A DNA stretch of 23,269 nucleotides, taken from the NCBI GenBank assembly GCA_040756235.1, contig JBFLZG010000143.1:1-23269 (forward strand), given 5' to 3'. The notes below the pieces were generated by a model that worked only from the letters and a program-made list of their open reading frames with translations, was not told where the DNA came from and made no database searches. Positions 1 to 7,233 of this stretch are shown here, piece by piece; the stretch's first letter is position 1; the number at the start of each line of letters is the position of its first letter. This stretch comes from a bacterium (GTDB lineage: Bacteria > Desulfobacterota > DSWW01). The position numbers and the translations under genes are program-made.

Positions 1-28
1 TAGAGCCTGTCCCAACAGGCTCGATTTC

Positions 29-155
29 AGAGGCTGTTCAAAAATGCCCAGATGCAAGGCGCACGAAATCCTGAGGAACGAGGCGTACATAGAAGTACGC
101 CGCAGTGACGAAGGATGAGTGCAACGCCGCAGATGGGCGTTTTGGGACAGCCTCT
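29..155. repeat. ~127-bp palindromic intergenic repeat (MITE/REP-like), copy 1
   Basis: Terminal inverted repeats AGAGGCTGTTCAAAAATGCCCA (29-50) / TGGGCGTTTTGGGACAGCCTCT (134-155), 19/22 complementary. Internal hairpin GGCGTAC-atagaa-GTACGCC (82-101). Colinear similar copy at 5872-5982. A small hairpin GAGCCTGT-ccca-ACAGGCTC at 3-22 resembles the element end. Confidence 0.85.
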
Positions 156-263
156 AACTTAGCACGATCCCGCGGGCCGTGGAAGGAACGCTCCGCCCGG
201 CGCGCGCCGTCCGTGCCGTCGGCTCTCTGCCGCGGGCGACCAAGCGGCTTTGCCGGCCCGTCT

Positions 264-1013
264 TCAAGCCGGCCTGCGGGCCGCGAGCATGAGACGCCCC
301 CCCGTGAGCCTCTCGCTCGATCGGGAGCCGTAGCTGTTGAACGTCTGCAGGTCCGCGAACCCCTGTCTCCGCATCAGGTGCGCGATCTGCGGCAATCCCA
401 CCATGGCCAGGGTGTGCTTCTTGCTCAGGCGGCGCTCGGCCCCGAGGGAGTCCAGGAGAACAAATTCGTCCGTCTGTACCCACAGGTTGTCGTGAAAATC
501 GAACTCGTTCCGCTGTCGGTATCGTACCGCCCGGCCATCGAGCGCCAGGGTTCGTTCCTCCGGTTCCCGGTAGTGCTTGAGGACCCAGGAGGGGTTGGCC
601 GTTTCCAGGAACAATACCCCCTGACTTCGCAGAGCGCGGAAGGCCCTCTCCAGCCCCACGATCCTGTCCTCCACCGTGAGCAGATAGGAAAAGGGTCCGT
701 TGATCGCGGCCACCAGATCGAAGAAGTCTTCTTGAGCGATATCGGCGAATCCTCCCTGAAGGACGCGCACGTCCGGATGCACGCGGGCCGTCTCCTCGGC
801 GCTTTCCAGGAAATCCGGCTCCGGGTCCATTCCCCACACCTTCCATCCGAGCCTGGCGAGCTCGCCCAGCATGCGGCCCGGGCCGCACCCGATGTCAAGG
901 ACCCGCAGCGGCCCCTTCAGGCCGTAAGATGCGGCGAGCCACTGGATGAAATCGGTGATCGGTGCCGGATCCGTGTCGGTCAGGGAATAGAGCGCGCTTT
1001 GCAGGTTTTTCAT
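264..1013 (-). CDS. Class I SAM-dependent methyltransferase (249 aa)
   Basis: Motif I VLDIGCGPG, acidic motif II (GMDPEPDFL), FDLVAA and ALRSQGVLFLE motifs. Confidence 0.9.
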   Translation of the reverse strand: MKNLQSALYSLTDTDPAPITDFIQWLAASYGLKGPLRVLDIGCGPGRMLGELARLGWKVWGMDPEPDFLESAEETARVHPDVRVLQGGFADIAQEDFFDLVAAINGPFSYLLTVEDRIVGLERAFRALRSQGVLFLETANPSWVLKHYREPEERTLALDGRAVRYRQRNEFDFHDNLWVQTDEFVLLDSLGAERRLSKKHTLAMVGLPQIAHLMRRQGFADLQTFNSYGSRSSERLTGGRLMLAARRPA

Positions 1014-1230
1014 GGTCCGTCGCCCTGAGCAGGCTGTTCGATACGGAGACTCTGCGCCAAGCAGTTAGATGCATGGAATCCGCGCGCCGCAAGCCGATCC
1101 GGTCGGCCGCGGCCGTGCCTGTCTTGCCTGCGATCTCCTTTTCTGACCGGAAGCATCGAAACAGAAGCGGCTTGTGCAACATGGCATGCCGAGGCTGCAC
1201 GGGAAAACGTGTCGAAGCGGGAGACATGAC

Positions 1231-1896
1231 TTGAGACTTTACAGGGACCGCACGGAGGCGGGCCGGACCCTGGCGGTCGCCCTGGCCGGCTATCGGGACA
1301 AACCCGAGGTCCTGGTCCTTGCCCTTCCGAGGGGAGGAGTCGAGGTGGCCTGCGAGGTGGCCCGGGAGCTTCGCGCGGAGCTGGATATCATGATCGTTCG
1401 CAAGCTCGGCTTCCCGGGGCAGGAAGAGCTCGCCATGGGTGCCATCGCCACCGGCGGCGTGCGGATCATGAACCCGGAGGTCGCCGGGGAGATCCCGGAG
1501 CAGATCATCGAACGTGTCGCGGAAAGGGAAAGCGAGGAGCTCCGCCGCCGTGAGATGAGCTACCGCGGCGACCGTCCGGCGCCGCGCCTCGGCGGCCGGC
1601 GCGTGATCCTCGTCGACGACGGTCTTGCCACGGGCGCTACCATGCGGGCGTCGATCGCGGCGGTGCGCAGGCAAGATCCTGAAGAAGTCGTGGTGGCGGT
1701 TCCGGTGGCGCCGCGGACCACGGTCGACCGTCTGCGTGAGGAGGCGGATGAGGTGATCTGCCCGGCCACGCCGTCGCTGTTCTATGCCATCGGGGAATGG
1801 TACGAGGATTTCTCGCAGACCAGCGATCAGGAAGTCCGCGCCCTCTTGCGGCGTGCGTGGGACGAGCACGATGATGCAGCCCAACCCCGCCAATGA
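1231..1896 (+). CDS. Type I phosphoribosyltransferase family protein (221 aa)
   Basis: Family N-terminus YRDRTEAGRTLA, VLALPRGG, VRKLGFPGQEELAMGAIA, PRPP-binding loop VILVDDGLATGATM. TTG start at 1231 chosen for GGGAG at 1219-1223; start uncertain. Confidence 0.9.
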   Translation: MRLYRDRTEAGRTLAVALAGYRDKPEVLVLALPRGGVEVACEVARELRAELDIMIVRKLGFPGQEELAMGAIATGGVRIMNPEVAGEIPEQIIERVAERESEELRRREMSYRGDRPAPRLGGRRVILVDDGLATGATMRASIAAVRRQDPEEVVVAVPVAPRTTVDRLREEADEVICPATPSLFYAIGEWYEDFSQTSDQEVRALLRRAWDEHDDAAQPRQ

Positions 1897-2536
1897 GAGC
1901 ACGGAAGTCCTCGTGGATGCGGCGGGCGCGGCGTTGAAGGGCGACCTAGCGATCCCGGGCGGAGCGGAAGCTTTCGTGCTCTTCGCCCACGGCAGCGGCA
2001 GCAGCCGGCTCAGCCCGCGGAACCGACTCGTTGCGGCCGGGCTGAACGATGCCGGGCTGGCCACGCTCTTGTTCGATCTGCTCACGGCGGCGGAAGAGAG
2101 TCGGGACTTGCGGACCCGCGAGTTCCGCTTCGACATCGGCCTGCTCGCGGCTCGCCTCACGGGCGCGGTCGACTGGGCGGGCCGGTCGGACCGCGTGCGC
2201 GGCATGCCCATCGGCTTGTTCGGCTCAAGCACCGGAGCGGCCGCCGCCCTGATTGCTGCCGCTCGGCGGCCCGCGGCCGCCCGCGCGGTCGTCTCCAGAG
2301 GAGGTCGGCCGGATCTTGCCGGTGAAGCCCTGCCGCAGGTCGAGGCGCCGACCCTCCTGCTCGTGGGCGGAGAGGACCGGGTGGTGATCGAGCTCAACCG
2401 TAGGGCCGCCGAAGCGATGCAGGCGCCGAATCGCGTCGAGATCGTCCCCGGGGCGACGCACCTGTTCGAGGAGCCAGGCAAGCTCGAGGAGGTCATTCGC
2501 CTGGCCGGCCATTGGTTCACGGAACACCTGAAATGA
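1871..2536 (+). CDS. Dienelactone hydrolase-like alpha/beta hydrolase (221 aa)
   Basis: FAHGSGSSRLSPRN, nucleophile elbow GLFGSSTG, VSRGGRPDLA, GATHLFEEPG. Overlaps the PRTase gene end by 26 nt. Confidence 0.88.
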   Translation: MMQPNPANESTEVLVDAAGAALKGDLAIPGGAEAFVLFAHGSGSSRLSPRNRLVAAGLNDAGLATLLFDLLTAAEESRDLRTREFRFDIGLLAARLTGAVDWAGRSDRVRGMPIGLFGSSTGAAAALIAAARRPAAARAVVSRGGRPDLAGEALPQVEAPTLLLVGGEDRVVIELNRRAAEAMQAPNRVEIVPGATHLFEEPGKLEEVIRLAGHWFTEHLK

Positions 2537-2820
2537 GGGAAGGTCTTCTATTGCCGCGAGGTGGCTTCCGAGCAGATGGAGGTCTGCGCCCGGCCTCGCC
2601 AGGATCGTGCCGCGCTGTGGTGCAAGATAGTTGAATTGGGAATGCGACATGAACGGTAGGGTATAATCCGGTGCAATTGGGGTCTTCATCCGGCAGAAAT
2701 ACAGGCCTACGCCACTTGGGCAGCCCCGGGAATCATCTTAGACTGGAGATAGCTTCGTGCTTTCCGGAGGAGTCCGTTCTGACGGAAGAGCCGAGGCAAG
2801 GAAAGAAGGAAAGGATGTCC

Positions 2821-3030
2821 ATGTCACAGCACGGGAATAAAAGAGTGAATATCAATCGGGCTTCCAAGGAAGAGCTCACCGGGTTGGCAGGTATCGGTGA
2901 GAAAACCGCGGACGCCATCATCCGATACCGATCAAGGCATGGGGCCTTTCAGACCATCGAAGAGTTGCGCCACGTCGGAAATCTGTTCGAGCAGCACGTT
3001 TCGTACCTAAGAGAAAAGGTGAGCGTCTGA
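2821..3030 (+). CDS. ComEA-like helix-hairpin-helix DNA-binding protein (69 aa)
   Basis: VNINRASKEELTGLAGIGEKTADAIIRYRSRHGAFQTIEELRHV matches the ComEA HhH domain pattern. AAGGA upstream; alternative ATG at 2815. Confidence 0.85.
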   Translation: MSQHGNKRVNINRASKEELTGLAGIGEKTADAIIRYRSRHGAFQTIEELRHVGNLFEQHVSYLREKVSV

Positions 3031-3068
3031 GGTGCGGACCTTCTTGGATGATCTTTTCTCTGTCATTG

Positions 3069-4868
3069 CTACGTATCTCCGCCGAGCCTGCGGCGCAATT
3101 CCTCGAGCTCGTTGCAGACCTCCCATGGCACGCGCGGCCCTAGGCTGTCGAAAAAGGCACTGACGCTTTCGGCCTCGTTCCTCCAGTCCGACGCGTTCAC
3201 TGCGAGAAGCTCCTCCATCGTCTTCTCGGAAAGGTCGAGACCGGTCATGTCGAAGGCGTCTGCCGTGGGCAGCCAGCCGAGGGGCGAGCTGACCGCTTTT
3301 CCCTCGCCCCTCGTTCGCTGCAGAATCCACTCGAGCACGCGCAGATTCTCGCCGTAACCGGGCCAGAGAAAGCGTGCCTCTCTGTCCTTGCGGAACCAGT
3401 TGACGTGAAAGATCTTGGGCGGATGCTTGAGAAGGCGCCCCATGTGGATCCAGTGCTTGAAATAGTCGGCAATGTTGTATCCGCAGAACGGCAGCATGGC
3501 AAACGGGTCGCGCCGCACCTCACCCTGCTTCCCGTACTGGGCCGCGGTGCGCTCGCTGGCCATGCTCGCGCCGATGAAGACGCCGTGGTTCCATGAAAAG
3601 GCCTCGTAGACGAGCGGTGCGAGGTGCTCGCGCCGGCCGCCGAAGACAAAAGCCGAGATCGGCACCCCGTGGTGATGGTCCATGCGGTGGGAAGCCGTCG
3701 GACACTGGCGCAGGGGAGCGGTGAAGCGGCTGTTGGGATGGGCGCCCGGGATCGCGTGTCCCTTCTTGTCCTTCTTACCGGGGTGCCATGGCCGGCCGAG
3801 CCAGTCCTCGGCTTCGGCGGGCGGCTCCCCGTCGCCATCTTCCCACCAGACCGTCCCGTCCTTTCCGAGGACCACGTTGGTGTAGATCGTGTTCCTGCGG
3901 ATCGTGATCATGGCGTTCCGGTTGGTCCGCGAACTGGTTCCCGGGGCCACGCCGAAGAACCCGCTCTCCGGGTTCACGGCCCAGAGCCGGCCGTCGGTGT
4001 CCGGCCGGATCCACGCGATGTCGTCGCCGAGCGTCCAGATGCGGTACCCCTTACTTCTCAGGCCGTCGGGCGGGATGAGCATCGCCAGGTTGGTCTTGCC
4101 GCAGGCGCTGGGGAAAGCGGCCGCCACGTAGTCGATGTAGCCGCTCGGCTCCTCGATTCCCAATATGAGCATATGCTCGGCGAGCCACCCCTCGTCGCGG
4201 GCCATCCAGGAAGCGATGCGGAGAGAGAGGCACTTCTTGCCGAGCAGCACGTTTCCGCCGTAGCCCGAGTTCACGGACCAGATGGCGTTGTCCTCGGGGA
4301 AATGCAGAATGCGCCGCTTGTCCGGGTCGAGGCAGGCCTTGCTGTGCACGCATCGCGTGAAATTGCCGCTGCGACCGAGTGCCTCCAGCACCTCTACGCC
4401 CACGCGGGTCATGATGAGCATGTTGAGGACCACGTAGATGCTGTCGGTCAGCTCCACGCCGATCTTGCTGAAGGGAGAGCCCACCGGCCCCATGGAGAAC
4501 GGGATCACGAACATCGTGCGGCCCCGCATCGATCCTCGGAAGAAGTTGGCCGCTTCCAGGTAAGCCTCTTCCGGCGCCTTCCAGTTGTTTGTGGTCCCGG
4601 CATCGCGCTTGTTCCGGCAGCAGATGAAGGTCTTGTCCTCGGTGCGGGCCACGTCGCCCGGATCCGTACGATGATAGTAGCAGCCGGGCAGCTTCTCCTG
4701 ATCGAGCTCGATCAGCTCGCCGGTCCGGCATGCCTCGGCCCTCAACACATCGCGCTGCTCGTCCGAGCCGTCGATCCAGACGACGCTGTCGGGCAGACAG
4801 AGCGCGGCCATCTCCTCGATCCAGGTCTTGAGGATCCTGTTGCCGCATATCAGATGGCCGTTGTTCAT
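3069..4868 (-). CDS. pckG: Phosphoenolpyruvate carboxykinase (GTP) (599 aa)
   Basis: DVARTE, SGYGGNVLLGKKC, WLAEHM, FPSACGKTNLAM, GDDIAW, NPESGFFGVAPGT, HPNSRF, RRDPFAMLPFCGYN. ATG 4868 has GGAGAG RBS. Confidence 0.96.
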   Translation of the reverse strand: MNNGHLICGNRILKTWIEEMAALCLPDSVVWIDGSDEQRDVLRAEACRTGELIELDQEKLPGCYYHRTDPGDVARTEDKTFICCRNKRDAGTTNNWKAPEEAYLEAANFFRGSMRGRTMFVIPFSMGPVGSPFSKIGVELTDSIYVVLNMLIMTRVGVEVLEALGRSGNFTRCVHSKACLDPDKRRILHFPEDNAIWSVNSGYGGNVLLGKKCLSLRIASWMARDEGWLAEHMLILGIEEPSGYIDYVAAAFPSACGKTNLAMLIPPDGLRSKGYRIWTLGDDIAWIRPDTDGRLWAVNPESGFFGVAPGTSSRTNRNAMITIRRNTIYTNVVLGKDGTVWWEDGDGEPPAEAEDWLGRPWHPGKKDKKGHAIPGAHPNSRFTAPLRQCPTASHRMDHHHGVPISAFVFGGRREHLAPLVYEAFSWNHGVFIGASMASERTAAQYGKQGEVRRDPFAMLPFCGYNIADYFKHWIHMGRLLKHPPKIFHVNWFRKDREARFLWPGYGENLRVLEWILQRTRGEGKAVSSPLGWLPTADAFDMTGLDLSEKTMEELLAVNASDWRNEAESVSAFFDSLGPRVPWEVCNELEELRRRLGGDT

Positions 4869-4965
4869 CGTTCTCTCCAGAGAAAAAATGGAAGCCTCGG
4901 GAAAACCCGTGCGAGAATTCAGGCTGGCGGAAGAGAGAGAGAGGTAACCATCCACCTCAGGCCTC

Positions 4966-4993
4966 ATGATACGGCACTCACGCAGAGAGTCAA
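4966..4993 (-). promoter_or_regulatory. Candidate sigma70 promoter for pckG
   Basis: TTGACT (4993-4988), N16, TATCAT (4971-4966) on the minus strand. Confidence 0.45.
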
Positions 4994-5011
4994 CTCCCGG
5001 GCGCAGGGGTC

Positions 5012-5039
5012 TTGCACCTCGGGTTTGGTGCGCTATGAT
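5012..5039 (+). promoter_or_regulatory. Candidate sigma70 promoter for the DUF2284-like gene
   Basis: TTGCAC (5012-5017), N16, TATGAT (5034-5039); back-to-back with the pckG candidate promoter. Confidence 0.4.
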
Positions 5040-5168
5040 GGAGCCGCAACGCAAGGGCCGGGCACGCCTGGCCGGGACATCGGCGGAGCGAGGGCTGCGC
5101 GCGCTGCGCCTCCCTCAGATGACAGGACAGATGTTCCAGACTCGAGGAGAAGAAGAGGAGGGAATCGG

Positions 5169-5756
5169 GTGGCCGAGAGATCCGCATCAAGCAGGAAAGC
5201 CGCATCCATCCAGAAGATCCTTTCGAGGCTGAGAAGAGAGGGCGCCACGGAAGCGGTCCTCATGAACGCGCGGGACGTGATCGTGGACGAGCGGGTGCGG
5301 CTCAAGTGCCGCATCCCGGTGTGCGAGTCCTATGGACGCAATTTCATGTGCCCTCCCCACGTCCCCTCGGTCGCCGAGTTCCGCACGGCGCTCGAGAAAT
5401 TCTCGCGCGCCCTGCTCGTCCGCTTGACCGTGCCCCTGTCCAAGAGGCCCATGGGCCCGGGAAAGAACGTCTATGCACCGGCAAAGAGACTGCACGAGCT
5501 CATCAACCTGGGGGAAAAGATCGCATTCGAGGCGGGCTTTCGTTTCGCGACCGGACTGATCGGAGGATGCTGCCGGCTTTGTCCGGACTGCGCCGGCGTG
5601 AAACCGGACGGCCGGTGCGCCCATCCCTTCAAGGCCCGTCCGTCCATGGAAGCCATGGGGATCGATGTGGCGGCGACGACCGCAAGAGCCGGCCTGGATC
5701 CCGTATCGTTTCCCGTCGGCCGGAGTGTGACTTGGACCGGCCTCATCCTGCTCTGA
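5169..5756 (+). CDS. DUF2284-like Cys-rich predicted metal-binding protein (195 aa)
   Basis: 3' end of the 3624..5756 ORF: DERVRLKC-x3-C-x2-YG-x3-MCPP, GGCCRLCPDC, C-x-HPFKARPSMEAMGIDV. GTG 5169 preceded by GAGGAGG. Confidence 0.85.
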   Translation: MAERSASSRKAASIQKILSRLRREGATEAVLMNARDVIVDERVRLKCRIPVCESYGRNFMCPPHVPSVAEFRTALEKFSRALLVRLTVPLSKRPMGPGKNVYAPAKRLHELINLGEKIAFEAGFRFATGLIGGCCRLCPDCAGVKPDGRCAHPFKARPSMEAMGIDVAATTARAGLDPVSFPVGRSVTWTGLILL

Positions 5757-5768
5757 AAAATCAAGGTC

Positions 5769-5800
5769 AAAGGGAAGAGTGGAAAAGAACTCTTCCTTTT
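5769..5800 (+). terminator. Likely intrinsic terminator, nested in a longer imperfect hairpin (5763-5827)
   Basis: GGAAGAGT (5773-5780) / ACTCTTCC (5789-5796) followed by TTTT, just after the stop at 5756. Confidence 0.5.
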
Positions 5801-5834
5801 CACCTCTTGCCTTTCAGCTTTGACCTTCCCGCCG

Positions 5835-5982
5835 GCAGATGGGCCTTTTTCAAGCAGGCCGGTCCATGGCCAGGCCGTTCAAAAGGGTCCAGATGCAAGG
5901 CGCGCGAAGTTTGAGGAACGAGGCGTACTCACGTACGCCGCAGTGACGATAAACGAGCGCAACGCAGCAGATGGGCCTTTTC
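5835..5982. repeat. Palindromic repeat copy 2 (5872-5982), preceded by an isolated 3'-end fragment (5835-5853)
   Basis: AGGCCGTTCAAAAGGGTCCAGATGCAAGGCGC...TGAGGAACGAGGCGTAC..GTACGCCGCAGTGACGA...GCAACGCAGCAGATGGGCCTTTT aligns with 31-143. GCAGATGGGCCTTTTTCAA at 5835 duplicates the element's right end. Confidence 0.85.
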
Positions 5983-5984
5983 CC

Positions 5985-6463
5985 CTGCTGCGCTCGCCCA
6001 TGAGAAGCTCACGGTCGAACCCAGCCGGGCGCCGTCCGCCGGGCTCAGGAGCGGCGGTGCGGTCGGGCAGGTGCCCGGGATCGTGAAGAAGGTGGGGACC
6101 GAGAACAGGCCCAGACCGCAGGCCTGGCTCCAGGCAACGACCATCCACGCGTAATCGCCCTCGGGAATGTCGCTGCTGGGCGTGTATGCGTTCGTCGTCG
6201 AGATCCCGAGAAGCCGCAGGTCGGTCGGGTTGTTCACGGGCAGGTACACGACCGCGTACGCCTCGCCTCCCTGCACGAGGTTCCAGCTGAACTCGGGGCG
6301 GGGAGCCTGAAACCTTGCGGTCGGTCCGGGTCCGGCCCCCGGACGCGATCGGGCGTCAGAGAAGGCAGCTCATGAGTGCGCCCCTTTTCCTCCATGAACA
6401 CGCCGTGGTCCGTCGCTGTGCTTGCGGATCTCTTTTCTCTGGTTGGGGGCTCCGATGTGCCAT
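5985..6463 (-). pseudogene. Remnant of a secreted protein with FN3/Ig-like repeats
   Basis: RBS GGAGG plus ATG 6463 gives a 35-aa peptide ending like a cut-off signal peptide (WRKRGALMSCLL*). In another frame ~6300-5985 reads RPEFSWNLVQGGEAY...IPEGDYAWMVVAW...PTAPPLLSPADGA...VSFSWASAAG and then runs into the repeat. Confidence 0.6.
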
Positions 6464-6533
6464 GGCGACCTCCGCAGCGGAAAGGGGCAAACATTTGGGA
6501 AGAAGAATAATGTAAATACGTTTTGGCCAGAAA

Positions 6534-6561
6534 AGAATATGAAAGCGTCCCGCCATGTCAA
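6534..6561 (-). promoter_or_regulatory. Candidate sigma70 promoter upstream of the pseudogene
   Basis: TTGACA (6561-6556), N16, TATTCT (6539-6534), next to a locally AT-rich patch. Confidence 0.5.
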
Positions 6562-6677
6562 TGGAGCACCAGGACCGGCCAGGAAACGGGAGGGTACGGC
6601 CGCCTGCGGCCGGAGACGAACGTGCTCGAATTGGCTCGGCATGGGGACTGCCTGGCTCGAGAGGTTCCGATCGATCC

Positions 6678-7073
6678 TCAGGTCGACCGGCCGGAGCCGG
6701 ATTTCTCGATGATCTCACGGCAGAGGGTCAGACCCTCGATCGAGACCGGCATGCCCCCGTAAGTGGACATCTGGAGGATGACCTCGGCGACTTCGTTCCG
6801 GGTCGCTCCGGCCCTGAAAGCGGCAATGATGTGGCTTCTCAGCTCTTGCGTGCGGTTGAGGACGCACAGGGCGGCGACCGCGCATAGCTCCCTCTCCCTC
6901 TGTGTCAGCACGTCCCGGGCATAGAGGTTCTCGAACACATGGGTGAAGAAGTCTTCGGGGAAGTCGAAGTACTCGAACAGCTCGCGCATGAGCCTCGTGC
7001 GGGTACGTCCCAAGAGTTTTTCCGAGACCTCGATCGGGCTGTCGCCAGGCCGGATGTCGGATGCGATCGCCAT
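6678..7073 (-). CDS. Carboxymuconolactone decarboxylase (CMD/AhpD-like) family protein (131 aa)
   Basis: FENLYARDVLTQRERELCAVAAL...ELRSHIIAAFRAGATRNEVAEVILQMSTYGGMP; strong RBS GAGGAGG; no AhpD CxxC. Confidence 0.88.
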   Translation of the reverse strand: MAIASDIRPGDSPIEVSEKLLGRTRTRLMRELFEYFDFPEDFFTHVFENLYARDVLTQRERELCAVAALCVLNRTQELRSHIIAAFRAGATRNEVAEVILQMSTYGGMPVSIEGLTLCREIIEKSGSGRST

Positions 7074-7233
7074 GCTCCCTCCTCTTCGTGTAAAGTGCTC
7101 GCTCGACTCCCTGCGGGCGTCGTGCCAGCAACATACGGAAGTGGCGGGTCGCTTTCAATGCGGGCCGGACGAGGACGCAACACGCCTGGCCTCGGATCTA
7201 AAGATCGGAGCGGGAAAGGACGAATTTTCGACT

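Noticed and set aside
3624..5168. 5' part of the 710-aa ORF (+), an apparent large fusion with the DUF2284-like domain
   Set aside because: Antisense shadow of pckG in GC-rich DNA; only 5169-5756 has protein-like motifs and its own RBS.
6943..7233. 97-aa N-terminal extension of the protease ORF
   Set aside because: Overlaps the divergent CMD gene; a signal-like sequence begins at ATG 7234. Upstream extensions of pckG, typA and the CoA-type Nudix ORF were trimmed for similar reasons.
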